Origin: a virus
Taxonomy: Duplodnaviria > Caudoviricetes
IMG/VR virus record: IMGVR_UViG_3300021964_010723
Length of the DNA: 64,000 bases
Direction: 5' to 3' (one strand)
Position 1 is the first letter of the stretch. Every line of letters begins with the position of its first letter. Below are positions 38,439-48,349 of this stretch, piece by piece. The position numbers and the translations under genes are program-made. The notes beneath the pieces were generated by a model that saw only the letters and a list, made by a program, of their open reading frames with translations, was not told the origin of the DNA and ran no database searches.

Positions 38439-38441
38439 ATA
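38435..38441 (+). promoter_or_regulatory. Probable late promoter (ATAAATA) overlapping the stop codon of the giant gene
   Basis: 17 nt before ATG 38459, with the SD AGGA in between. Confidence 0.55.
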
Positions 38442-38458
38442 ACTTAGTAGGATAAAAT

Positions 38459-39073
38459 ATGATTGATAAAATTAATGATAAAAGTGGAACTTTAATACAA
38501 GGGCATATAAAAATATTTGACCCTGAGACGCATAAAATTTTTGTTAATAAACGAAATGCTATACATTATGAAAATATGAGTATAGCAATGGCGCAGTCGT
38601 TAAGCAATTCAGGTACTGGATTTATTTACTCAATGGGGTTTGGTAATGGCGGGACAAGTGTTGATCCTACAGGTATAATTACATATTTGAGTCCAAATAG
38701 TACAGGAATAAATGCAAGTTTATATAATCAAACTTTTGAAAAGATAGTAGATGATCGCAATGTAAATAATGTTGATCCATTTAGAAATAAAACTGAAGTA
38801 AGGCATGTAAGTGGGACTAATTACACAGATATACTTGTGACATGTTTGTTAGATTATGGAGAGCCTGCAGGACAAGATGCTTTTGACACCGCATTAAGTA
38901 CAGAGGATTTATATGTTTTTGATGAGTTAGGATTAAAAAGTTATGATACAAACCAAGAAACTATGTTATTAACACATGTTTTATTCCATCCTGTGCAAAA
39001 AAGTTTAAATAGACTAATTCAAATAGATTATACAGTAAGAATACAAAGCCTGTCCGGCGTTCTTGGAGAATAA
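38459..39073 (+). CDS. Putative virion structural protein
   Basis: Sits between the baseplate and fibre genes behind a late promoter. Motifs NAIHYENMS, FGNGGTSVD, FDELGL and HPVQKSLNRLIQIDYTVRI. Confidence 0.6.
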   Translation: MIDKINDKSGTLIQGHIKIFDPETHKIFVNKRNAIHYENMSIAMAQSLSNSGTGFIYSMGFGNGGTSVDPTGIITYLSPNSTGINASLYNQTFEKIVDDRNVNNVDPFRNKTEVRHVSGTNYTDILVTCLLDYGEPAGQDAFDTALSTEDLYVFDELGLKSYDTNQETMLLTHVLFHPVQKSLNRLIQIDYTVRIQSLSGVLGE

Positions 39074-39076
39074 TAA

Positions 39077-41176
39077 ATGCCTTATCAAATAAATTTTACA
39101 GATGTAGATAATAAATTAGGTATTGTAATAGAAGATGCTACTATTAATCAAGAAACGTCTTTAAAATTACCTGGAAAAAATACAACTGCGTATGGTACTA
39201 TTATAGCAGAAAATTTTTTACACTTACTAGAAAATTTTGCAGCGACATCTGCTCCGTCTACCCCAGTTGAAGGTCAAATATGGTATGATTCTAACCCTGA
39301 CATAGAACAATTAATGGTATATAATGGTGTAAATTGGATACCAGTTAATGGTGTTAATAAATCTATTAATGCTCCGACACTAAAACAAGAAGGAGATTTA
39401 TGGATTGACAGAGAAAATTTACAATTATATATGTATACAGATGCAGGTGGTTGGATTCTAATTGGGCCAGAATACAGTGGAGGAGTTATAACTGGTGCCA
39501 CTCCTAAGGTTGTATTAGGTATAGATGACAAAACTTATAATATATTACAAATAGATGTAAATGGTATACCTGCAGCTTGTATATCAAATAAAGAATTTAC
39601 GCCAAAAGCAAGAATTGATGGATTTGTAACTTTAAAACCTGGAATAAATTTAAGCACAGCAGCGTTACCGGGAGAAAATAAATTAAAATATAACGGCGTT
39701 GCAGAAAAAGCAGAAAATTTAATTATTGGACAAGAAGTTATTGAAGCAGCTAACTTTTTAAGAGGAAACGCAGTAAGTTCAACTAGTTATAAATTAAATG
39801 TTTTAAATAATGATGGTATTGCTTATGGCAGGAATTCAGAATTAACAATTGGTATAGAAGGAACAATAGGGATAATAAAGCATAATGTGGCAGGATCTGC
39901 TATAGATGTCAAAGTTAAAAATGAAGGTATCTTTAAAACTTTGATGCGTTATGATAGTTCTATGAAAGTTGGAATAGGTAAAGATAACCCTGATACAGAA
40001 TTAGATGTTAATGGTGATGTAACTATTACAGTTCCGGTAGACGATGCTTCTAAAGGTAAATTTATTGTCACTAGCACACACGATAGCACACAGATAAGTA
40101 ACGGATCAATAGTTACTGCTGGAGGAATCGGAATTGCGTTAAATGCATCAATCGGTGGCAATTTATACATGAATACCAGCAATAGTAGTACGATTGTAGT
40201 TGATAAAATTTTACCTAATACAGATGCAGATGACATTATCGGTACTGAAAGCACTTATATAGGACAACCTAGTCTACGGTATGAAGGTATTTATTCAAAG
40301 AGATTTTATGGAGATTTAACTGGGACTGTTACAGGATCTGTAACAGGTAGATCAGGTTCAGCAAATAAATTAGCTAAAGCGTCTAGTTTTAAATTTATAG
40401 GCGATGTAGGATTATTAAACAGTACTGCTGTTGAAGAAGGCGTTATAAATTTTACAGGTCAAGGCGAGTTAATCGAATTTGTAACAGAACTAAATCGTGA
40501 TGTTGTAAATGCAAAAAATGAAGTTATAACAACTCAAGTTGATGACGAATTGTTATTGGCTAGGGTTAGAGATGACATTGGTTTGAAAAAAATTACAGTA
40601 GGAAATTTATTATCAAGTGTTCCTGTTATGCCAATTGGCACAGTTGTTCCATATGCAGGAGATGTTGCTCCTACAGGATGGTTGTTGTGTAACGGGCAAG
40701 AAGTTCAAACAGTTGATTACCAAGAATTGTATAGCATAATAGGTTATAGATATAAAGCTGTTGAACTTGTAAAGGTAGGGTTTTTTGCAGTTCCTGACTT
40801 GCGAGGTAGAGTTGCTTTAGGTTTGCATAATATGGGTAATTTAGAGCCTAATGAGATTGTAACAGATGATCCTAATGCTGCAGTTTTAGGAGGAAAAGGT
40901 GGTGCTGATGAAGTTGTATTACAAGAATTAAATCTTCCAGATCACAAGCACGACTTATATTATAATGATACACAATTTTATGCAACAGCCCGTAAAGAGT
41001 TTGAAATTATAGATGAGCAAGTAGAAAATTATCATTTCTATGAACAACAAACAGAGTTTACAGGAGTCGCATTGAAAAATACACAAGGTGTTAAAACTGA
41101 AAACATTCTTAGCACTCCGGTGGATATTTTAAATCCATTCTTAACTTTAAATTATATTATATATGCAGGAAATTAA
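39077..41176 (+). CDS. Tail fibre protein with C-terminal tail-collar domain
   Basis: N-terminal fibre module (LPGKNTTAYG...ENFLHLLENFA...GQIWYD). Collar motif MPIGTVVPYAGDVAPTGWLLCNGQ...FAVPDLRGRV; C-terminal NPFLTLNYII. Confidence 0.8.
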   Translation: MPYQINFTDVDNKLGIVIEDATINQETSLKLPGKNTTAYGTIIAENFLHLLENFAATSAPSTPVEGQIWYDSNPDIEQLMVYNGVNWIPVNGVNKSINAPTLKQEGDLWIDRENLQLYMYTDAGGWILIGPEYSGGVITGATPKVVLGIDDKTYNILQIDVNGIPAACISNKEFTPKARIDGFVTLKPGINLSTAALPGENKLKYNGVAEKAENLIIGQEVIEAANFLRGNAVSSTSYKLNVLNNDGIAYGRNSELTIGIEGTIGIIKHNVAGSAIDVKVKNEGIFKTLMRYDSSMKVGIGKDNPDTELDVNGDVTITVPVDDASKGKFIVTSTHDSTQISNGSIVTAGGIGIALNASIGGNLYMNTSNSSTIVVDKILPNTDADDIIGTESTYIGQPSLRYEGIYSKRFYGDLTGTVTGSVTGRSGSANKLAKASSFKFIGDVGLLNSTAVEEGVINFTGQGELIEFVTELNRDVVNAKNEVITTQVDDELLLARVRDDIGLKKITVGNLLSSVPVMPIGTVVPYAGDVAPTGWLLCNGQEVQTVDYQELYSIIGYRYKAVELVKVGFFAVPDLRGRVALGLHNMGNLEPNEIVTDDPNAAVLGGKGGADEVVLQELNLPDHKHDLYYNDTQFYATARKEFEIIDEQVENYHFYEQQTEFTGVALKNTQGVKTENILSTPVDILNPFLTLNYIIYAGN

Positions 41177-43207
41177 ATGAGTTATCGGATCAATCGTACA
41201 GATGGAGAATTATTAGTAGATCTTATTGACGGCGTCATAGATACTAGTTCAACAGATATTACATTAATTGGAAGAAATTATAAAGGATTTGGTGAGTGGA
41301 TAAACGAAAACTTTGTTAAAATTTTAGAAAATTTTGCAAGCACAAATTCTCCGCCGCATCCGTTGACAGGGCAATTATGGTACGACAAACAGGATGAAAG
41401 ACTAAAAATTTTTAACGGTACAACGTTCCGTTCTGCTACTGGTACTATAGTAAATAGTTTACAACCTACTAATCTAGTTGCTGGAGATATTTGGATTGAT
41501 AATGAAAATAACAGATTGTATTTGTATGATGGTAGCGAATTAACTCTAGTAGGCCCTACATATGATGCAGGGCAAGGTAAAACTGGATTTGAATCAGTAA
41601 GTCAAGTTGATATTAATAATATTACAAGAACAATATTAAAATTATTTCTAGGAGGTGTTCTTGTTGGTATATATTCTCCTGCAGAATTTATTGTTCCAAT
41701 TTCTTTTGCTATTCCAGGCTTTAATGTTTGGAGTGAAGATACACAAACACCTAAAAGGCAAAAATTATATAAAGGTTTTAATATAGCAAATACAGATGCC
41801 GAAACTGGAACAAATGGATTTTGGTATAGAGGAACGAGTGTTAATTCAAAATATTTGCTAGATGATTCGGGGGTTCAAAAAAGTGTAGTAAATTTCCTGC
41901 CTACTGATAATAATGGCGTAACTACTGGATATATTAACATTAAAAATAGTCAAGGATTAATTATAGGAGTTGGAGATAGACCCTTTATTAATACAAAAAT
42001 ATTAGGCTCGACTACTACTATGGACAATTTAGAAGTTGACGCTAATTTTGGTATACGAGTAAAAACGTCTCAATATGCAAATAGTTTTGTAAGTGCTATG
42101 TTTATAGATAGTTCAACGTATACATTAAAGTTTTGGTCAAATCTTCCCCCTTTTGATACAGTAGGTGCTCCTAGACCTAATATTACGTCTCATTCTGATA
42201 TGACTTTAGATGGTAATATGACCATAGGTGGCAAACTTACTGTTGGTGGTGAAGTTACTTATGTCAGTTCTGAAGATCTACGAATAAAAGATAAAACAAT
42301 AGAGCTTGCAATTAGTGAAAATGCTGTTATTGGAGATGATTCGGCAATAGTAGGCGGTGGAATTATTCTTAGAAGTTCCGACGGAGATAAAGAATTTCTG
42401 TTTCAATTAGATGGTAATAGTGGACACGGATCATGGACAATAAACCAAAATTTAGAGTTAACAAGCACAGTAGCTAATTCTAATCCATCTTATAAGATAG
42501 ATGGAAAACTTGTTTTGTCTAATGACGAGCTGCATCCTGTTGTTACAAAAGCGTCTGGTTTAAATGAAATCGGAACATTGATTGAGTTAAACGTAGATAA
42601 TGTTAATATTGACAGTGCAACTATAAGTAGGCAAAATGGCATTGGTCTTGTTATAGATGCAAATGGAACTGCCCAAACTGCTGGAACGGTAAGCTTTGCA
42701 ACTCATAATAGATTAACAGATTTGGCTGATCCTGTTAATTTAAAGGACGGTGCTAATAAAGAATATGTTGATAGGGCAGTCGATGGTAAAGAAATACTTT
42801 TATCCTTAGATATCAACGGATTAATAGCTGCAGGTGATCCTGATTATACACCTTTTTACGCAGCAACTATTGATAATGTACGGACAGTTTTAGAATACAT
42901 GGTGCCTATAGAAGAATCGTTGCCAGGACAAAATGTTAAGATAATGGCTACACGAATTAGAGAGATAGTAGCGGTATTTCCAATTACAGTGTCTGAAGAA
43001 GAGACTGCTGTATTACAAAAATCACGAGTTACTGTAAGGAATTTTGATAATTCTGGCACGGTTGCAGTTGTGCAAGATATTGTAGCTAATCCTGCATATT
43101 CAGGTTCTACAACTAATATAGAATTTACTGTAGATCGATTTGTTTATAAATTTCAAAGTGACGGAAGTTATTGGAATAGCACAGGAGTAGATAGGATAGT
43201 TGTGTGA
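41177..43207 (+). CDS. Tail fibre / baseplate-associated fibre protein
   Basis: Same N-terminal module (LIGRNYKGFGE...ENFVKILENFA...GQLWYD). Fibre motifs LRIKDKTIEL and DPVNLKDGANKEYVD. Confidence 0.7.
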   Translation: MSYRINRTDGELLVDLIDGVIDTSSTDITLIGRNYKGFGEWINENFVKILENFASTNSPPHPLTGQLWYDKQDERLKIFNGTTFRSATGTIVNSLQPTNLVAGDIWIDNENNRLYLYDGSELTLVGPTYDAGQGKTGFESVSQVDINNITRTILKLFLGGVLVGIYSPAEFIVPISFAIPGFNVWSEDTQTPKRQKLYKGFNIANTDAETGTNGFWYRGTSVNSKYLLDDSGVQKSVVNFLPTDNNGVTTGYINIKNSQGLIIGVGDRPFINTKILGSTTTMDNLEVDANFGIRVKTSQYANSFVSAMFIDSSTYTLKFWSNLPPFDTVGAPRPNITSHSDMTLDGNMTIGGKLTVGGEVTYVSSEDLRIKDKTIELAISENAVIGDDSAIVGGGIILRSSDGDKEFLFQLDGNSGHGSWTINQNLELTSTVANSNPSYKIDGKLVLSNDELHPVVTKASGLNEIGTLIELNVDNVNIDSATISRQNGIGLVIDANGTAQTAGTVSFATHNRLTDLADPVNLKDGANKEYVDRAVDGKEILLSLDINGLIAAGDPDYTPFYAATIDNVRTVLEYMVPIEESLPGQNVKIMATRIREIVAVFPITVSEEETAVLQKSRVTVRNFDNSGTVAVVQDIVANPAYSGSTTNIEFTVDRFVYKFQSDGSYWNSTGVDRIVV

Positions 43208-43214
43208 AATACGG

Positions 43215-43220
43215 TAAATA
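43215..43220 (+). promoter_or_regulatory. Possible late promoter core (TAAATA)
   Basis: In the intergenic gap before ATG 43248, followed by the SD AGGGG. Confidence 0.4.
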
Positions 43221-43247
43221 CAACTAACACATTTAGGGGTGATATGA

Positions 43248-44819
43248 ATGGCATATATAATTAATACTTACAATACTGCTCAATTGACAGTAGTTGAAGA
43301 TGGAACAATTGATCAGACTACTGATTTAAAATTAGTAGGAAAAAATTATGCAGGATATGGTGAAATACAGAACGAAAATTTTGTATTTTTACTTGAAAAT
43401 TTTGCAGGCGCAAATGAACCACCGAAAGCCTTACCAGGACAAGCTTGGTTCGATACTAGCGATAGCAAGTTTAAGTTTTATGACGGAAGCAAGTGGAGAA
43501 CTGCTGGTGGTTCTGAAACAGGAGGACAAGCTCCTGCAGGTCTTACCACAGGAGATTTTTGGTGGGATACAACTAACGAGCAACTATACGCCTACAACGG
43601 AACTGAATGGATATTGATAGGACCACAAACAGCAGGAGAGGGCGTAACGCAGTTTCAAAGTAAGGCAATTCAAGATGCAAACGGTGTTAGTCAGTATGTT
43701 ATAGCAAGTGTTGTAAATGATGAAATAATCCATATTATAAGTGGTAGAGATTTTACAATAGGTGAAAACGATCAGGCAAAATATATTGGATTTGATAAAA
43801 TCCATGCAGGTCTTACTTTAAAAAATACTACAAATGCAACTGGGGGAGTAACAAGCACTGAACATCGATGGTGGGGAACAGCTACTAATGCAGACAGATT
43901 AGGAGGTTTAACTCTTGATAAGTTTGTACAATTTGACGAAAACTTAACATTTTCTAGTCAAGTTGGATTTGGAGATACAGGATTAGCTGTAGGCGACAGT
44001 AATGATTTACGTTTAAGAATTATAAACGATAATCAAGCAGTAATAGGAAATGAACAAGGGTATGATGTCTTTTTCCAAGTAAGAGATACTGATAATCAGG
44101 TAAGAATGCCTTTAAGATTAACGCATGATAAAGTATTACCTGGATATCAAACAGTTATAAATCCAGCTAGCACTTCTTACAACACAAATGCGGCTGGTGT
44201 AAGAATAGTTGATATAGGAAGTTCTACGGCAAGTTTTCAAAATGTTTATGCTGATAGATTCATTGGTACAGCAGATAAGGCAGATCAATTAGAAGTTTCA
44301 TACCTTACGGCAGGCAGTACTTTACAAACTGGTTATTTTACAGCAGACACTAGAGCAACGTCTGGTGTGTCTATATGTGTAAGAGATATTACTGGAGATA
44401 TACATGCAAATGTTTTTAGGGGTACAGCAACTGCAGCACAATACGCAGATTTAGCTGAGATGTATTTAAGTGATGTTGAATATGAACCTGGTACAGTCTT
44501 AGTGATAGGGGGTGAAGCAGAAGTGACTCAATCTACTTCTGATTTTGATCACAAAGTAGTCGGAGTAGTATCTACAAATCCAGCTCATGTAATGAACAGT
44601 GAATTAGAAGGGTGTACTGTTGCAGTAGCATTAAGGGGAAGGGTGCCTTGTAAGGTAGTAGGACCTGTATCTAAAGGTGATCTGTTAGTAACTTCTGCTG
44701 TAAGAGGAACAGCGAAAGCAGCTAAAGATTTAGAAAATATTAGTAATTCCTGTATTGTTGGAAAAAGTTTAGAAGATTTTTCATCAGAATCAGTTGGAAT
44801 TGTAGAAATTATTGTATAA
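43248..44819 (+). CDS. Tail fibre protein with C-terminal intramolecular-chaperone (peptidase S74/G2-like) domain
   Basis: Same N-terminal module. C-terminal ADLAEMY...YEPGTVL...GVVSTNPAHVMN...VALRGRVPCKV...KGDLLVTS. Confidence 0.8.
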   Translation: MAYIINTYNTAQLTVVEDGTIDQTTDLKLVGKNYAGYGEIQNENFVFLLENFAGANEPPKALPGQAWFDTSDSKFKFYDGSKWRTAGGSETGGQAPAGLTTGDFWWDTTNEQLYAYNGTEWILIGPQTAGEGVTQFQSKAIQDANGVSQYVIASVVNDEIIHIISGRDFTIGENDQAKYIGFDKIHAGLTLKNTTNATGGVTSTEHRWWGTATNADRLGGLTLDKFVQFDENLTFSSQVGFGDTGLAVGDSNDLRLRIINDNQAVIGNEQGYDVFFQVRDTDNQVRMPLRLTHDKVLPGYQTVINPASTSYNTNAAGVRIVDIGSSTASFQNVYADRFIGTADKADQLEVSYLTAGSTLQTGYFTADTRATSGVSICVRDITGDIHANVFRGTATAAQYADLAEMYLSDVEYEPGTVLVIGGEAEVTQSTSDFDHKVVGVVSTNPAHVMNSELEGCTVAVALRGRVPCKVVGPVSKGDLLVTSAVRGTAKAAKDLENISNSCIVGKSLEDFSSESVGIVEIIV

Positions 44820-44822
44820 ATA
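44815..44822 (+). promoter_or_regulatory. T4-type late promoter TATAAATA
   Basis: Exact consensus overlapping the stop codon of 43248..44819, followed by the SD GGAG before ATG 44850. Confidence 0.7.
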
Positions 44823-44849
44823 AAGCTAGTAGTTTACACGGAGTTAAGT

Positions 44850-45806
44850 ATGGTATCAACAGTTTCGCAAGCTGGATCAATTAATGCACAGGATTATAAT
44901 AACCTGCATAATAAGGTTAATGAGATTTTAGGTCAAGGTTCAGGAGATTATGGTTATGGACAAACGGTAACCAGTAGCCCTGTAACAGCAACAAATTATC
45001 CAACTGTAGACGGGGATTTAGTTACTGCAACACAGTTAGATGCGTTACGGACTGATATAGAGAAATGTTGGAAGCACCAAACAAGTGCTTCTTTTACATT
45101 AGGAGACATAGCTGTTGGAGATGAAATTACAGCAGGTGCAACTACAGGTGCAGATAATAAAACTCATAATCAATATGTAAAGTATGTTAACGATATTGAT
45201 GCAAATAGGCTTAGCATAGATGCAGCAAACCAGTCTACTACTTCATTAGGTAACTCGGCTCAATACACCGCAACATGGGGTGTTGGAGCAGCTGGTAGTG
45301 CAGCAGCCCAAATTAGATATACTGCTAATGTGTCATGGAGTAGTGCAACAGCTAGAAGGCATTATTTCAATGCGGGAGGTCAGATTACAATAGATGCTTC
45401 AATGAACACATCTGAAGGAACAGGCACTAAAAATGGAAATTGGAAAGATTTGCTTAATAGGGCCGGGTTTAATTATGATAAAACAGCTGAGAATACACAG
45501 ACAACAAGCGCAATATTAAGGCAAACTACTTATGGTTCTGCTGGAGTTTACAGCGATAACTACGCAAGAATTTATACAAAAAATCTTAGCAGTACACAAC
45601 TGCAGTGTGTAATAGAATTTATAGATGGTGATATAGGTGACGATACAACTCCAAGCGATGGTTGGAATTACAGGGTAGACGAAGCGGTTACAGGAGATAT
45701 TACTGCAAGTTTAACAGACAGAACAGCTAGCGGATCATTTGTTGCAGTTACTAAACCAACCTATGCTTTTGTAGGATTTTCAACTTTTACTGGCACTTAT
45801 ACTTAA
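44850..45806 (+). CDS. Putative virion structural / short fibre protein
   Basis: Gly/Thr/Ala-rich. YGYGQT at the N-terminus and RRHYFNAGGQI; late promoter upstream. Confidence 0.6.
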   Translation: MVSTVSQAGSINAQDYNNLHNKVNEILGQGSGDYGYGQTVTSSPVTATNYPTVDGDLVTATQLDALRTDIEKCWKHQTSASFTLGDIAVGDEITAGATTGADNKTHNQYVKYVNDIDANRLSIDAANQSTTSLGNSAQYTATWGVGAAGSAAAQIRYTANVSWSSATARRHYFNAGGQITIDASMNTSEGTGTKNGNWKDLLNRAGFNYDKTAENTQTTSAILRQTTYGSAGVYSDNYARIYTKNLSSTQLQCVIEFIDGDIGDDTTPSDGWNYRVDEAVTGDITASLTDRTASGSFVAVTKPTYAFVGFSTFTGTYT

Positions 45807-45818
45807 AAAATAGAATTT

Positions 45819-46172
45819 ATGGATTCTAGATTAATAGATGCACTCGATTTTTCTAATTATCTCTTTTCTTTAACTAAACAAAAAGAATTAGCATTACACA
45901 AATTTGAAGAAAATTTAATTTTCTACAATAACGGCGGAACTTTTGTTATTACTTTAGATCTTATTAATTATTGTCAATTGTTAATAAGTAATGATCAAAA
46001 ACAAATCGTACTAATAGATAAAAATTCTATTCCAATCTTAATTAGTGATTTAACAAACTTTTTTGCAAAATTAGTGCAGCAGTACGAAAGAGCAAAAGAA
46101 AATTATTTTGAAGAATATTCAAAAATTATTAAATCTAGAGCCATAGAACAGATAATAGGTTTAGATGAATAA
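45819..46172 (+). CDS. Hypothetical protein, first gene of the tailoring cluster
   Basis: 117 aa; overlaps the next gene (46165-46172). Confidence 0.6.
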   Translation: MDSRLIDALDFSNYLFSLTKQKELALHKFEENLIFYNNGGTFVITLDLINYCQLLISNDQKQIVLIDKNSIPILISDLTNFFAKLVQQYERAKENYFEEYSKIIKSRAIEQIIGLDE

Positions 46173-46986
46173 AGGTATTTTAGTTTTTGCTAAAAACAAT
46201 AATTCCATCAATTATGTAAATCAAGCTAAATTTTTAGCAAAACAATCACAAAAATATTTAGATTTACCCGTTTCAATTGTTACAGACAATCCAATAGATA
46301 ATAATGTTTGGTTTGATAAAGTAATTTTATACGATAATTATGCAAAGCAATACAAAAAGTATAATGATGGACATTTAGAAGGAAAAGTTGATTATTTTTT
46401 TAATTCTGCTAGACAATTTGCTTTTGAGTTATCTCCATATGATCAAACTTTGATGTTAGATACTGACATTGTTATAATGAATGACAAATATTTACAATGT
46501 TTTGAACAAAGTGATGATTTTTTGATTTATCATGATGCAGTAGATATTGCAAATTCAAGAGATTATTATGAATTTACATACATTTCTGAAGAAAGTATAA
46601 AATTTTATTGGGCTACTGCGGTTTATTTTACAAAATCTAAAAAAAATCAAATTTTCTTTAACTTACTTCAACATATATATGAAAATTGGAATCATTATAG
46701 TTTGATGTTTAAAATTAAACAAAAATATTTTAGAAATGATCATGCTTTTAGTATTGCAATTCATTTATTACATAGCTATACTAAAAGCAGTGTAAAATCT
46801 ATGCCTGGAAAATTATTTTATACTATCGATAAAGATATTTGTGTAAGTATTAATGAAAATAAAATTTTTCTTTTATTAGAAAAATCAAACGAACCTATAA
46901 ATTATTATCCTGTTTCTGTAGGTAATTTAAATTTACATATAATGAACAAGTTTAGTTTAGATAAATGTATTGCTAATATGATATGA
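46165..46986 (+). CDS. Glycosyltransferase-like protein (GT-A fold, GT8-like)
   Basis: KGILVFA start, LPVSIVTD, SPYDQTLMLDTD (DxD), YWATAVYF and RNDHAFSIA. Confidence 0.6.
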   Translation: MNKGILVFAKNNNSINYVNQAKFLAKQSQKYLDLPVSIVTDNPIDNNVWFDKVILYDNYAKQYKKYNDGHLEGKVDYFFNSARQFAFELSPYDQTLMLDTDIVIMNDKYLQCFEQSDDFLIYHDAVDIANSRDYYEFTYISEESIKFYWATAVYFTKSKKNQIFFNLLQHIYENWNHYSLMFKIKQKYFRNDHAFSIAIHLLHSYTKSSVKSMPGKLFYTIDKDICVSINENKIFLLLEKSNEPINYYPVSVGNLNLHIMNKFSLDKCIANMI

Positions 46987-47801
46987 AATTAGGTATTGTA
47001 ATTTGTGCATTTGGAAAAGATTATATAACGCAAGCAGAATTATTTGTTCTTAGCTTAAAATCTTGTAATGTAACTCTTCCTGTTACTTTAATTACTTCTT
47101 GTAAAGAAAATATATCTTTAGATTATTTTTTTGATAATATAATTGAAATTCCTAACAATATAGAGGACACATTTTATCATGTAGATATAAGGTCTAATAT
47201 ATATTTTTTATCTCCTTATGATTTTACTTTTGTCTTTGATACAGATATATTAATTTTAGAGAATTTATATGATAATTTAGTCAACCTTTCTAATAAAGTT
47301 GATATGTTTTATACATCAAAGGTTTTTACCTACAGAGGAGATGAAATAATTAAAGATTGTTACTACCGTTCCGTTTTTTTAGATAATAATCTACCTAATA
47401 TATATAACGGGTTCTCTGCTTTTAAAAAAACAAATAGCAATGATATATTTTTTTCTTTACTTAAGAAAATTAATAAAAATTGGCAAGTTGTATATAAAAT
47501 GTTTTGCCCATTAAATACACCTAAGAATGCAAGTATGGATGTGTCTACTGCAATTGTATGCAAAATATTAGATATTAATCCAATCTATAAATTTAATGCT
47601 AAATTTGTTCATATGAAAGCTAAAAATCAAAATTGGAAAACTAATCCTTATTATTGGCAAGATAAAGTGCAAACATTTTTAACACCAAATTTAGATTTTT
47701 ATGTAGAAACTTTTAAACAAAAAGGAATTTTTCATTATACTGAAAATGCTTTTTGTAACGAAAATATGGTTAATACATATAAAAGTTATTTAAGTTTATG
47801 A
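46983..47801 (+). CDS. Glycosyltransferase-like protein (GT-A fold, GT8-like), paralogue of the preceding gene
   Basis: LPVTLIT, SPYDFTFVFDTD (DxD), LPNIYNG, SMDVSTAI, FVHMK and FHY. Confidence 0.6.
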   Translation: MKLGIVICAFGKDYITQAELFVLSLKSCNVTLPVTLITSCKENISLDYFFDNIIEIPNNIEDTFYHVDIRSNIYFLSPYDFTFVFDTDILILENLYDNLVNLSNKVDMFYTSKVFTYRGDEIIKDCYYRSVFLDNNLPNIYNGFSAFKKTNSNDIFFSLLKKINKNWQVVYKMFCPLNTPKNASMDVSTAIVCKILDINPIYKFNAKFVHMKAKNQNWKTNPYYWQDKVQTFLTPNLDFYVETFKQKGIFHYTENAFCNENMVNTYKSYLSL

Positions 47802-48349
47802 ATTATATATCATTTACTCCGGATAATGGAGAAATTTATAAAATTGCTCCGCATGCACCTTTACAAAAAGAAACATATATATGTGTAAAAACTAGTGAAG
47901 TTGTTCCTATTTTAACAGCTAAGTATCCTGTTTTATATAATTATCATGTTGTATATGATGAAAAGTCCTTTCAATATGTTTTAAAAAAGAAAGATGCAGA
48001 GATTGCAAAAGATAAAAGTCTAGGTAAATTATTTAATATACCTAATAAAAATAGCAATGCTAGCGTACAGATAACTGTAGATAAAGTTTCTAAACAATAC
48101 ATTGTAAAGATAAGTAAAACTGACGCAATAAAAATTTATGAAAAAAAATTATTGTTAAGTAAAACCTTTAGTGTTACAGAAGAAAATAATCCATTTATTC
48201 TTTACGAATCATTTACAGTTTATTTCAATCAAGACAAATTACAAAATACTTATAAAATACCTATTACTAATTTAGATGTATATACAAAGAAAAATTTTAG
48301 TATTTTTACAAAAAAACAATTTAGTTCATATTCTTATAAAATAAAATGA
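47798..48349 (+). CDS. Hypothetical protein
   Basis: 183 aa, overlap-coupled on both sides (ATGA). Confidence 0.55.
   Translation: MNYISFTPDNGEIYKIAPHAPLQKETYICVKTSEVVPILTAKYPVLYNYHVVYDEKSFQYVLKKKDAEIAKDKSLGKLFNIPNKNSNASVQITVDKVSKQYIVKISKTDAIKIYEKKLLLSKTFSVTEENNPFILYESFTVYFNQDKLQNTYKIPITNLDVYTKKNFSIFTKKQFSSYSYKIK

Noticed and set aside
39077-45806. Diversity-generating retroelement or invertase-based fibre switching
   Set aside because: There is no reverse transcriptase or recombinase gene in the window, and I noticed no TR/VR pair or inverted crossover sites.
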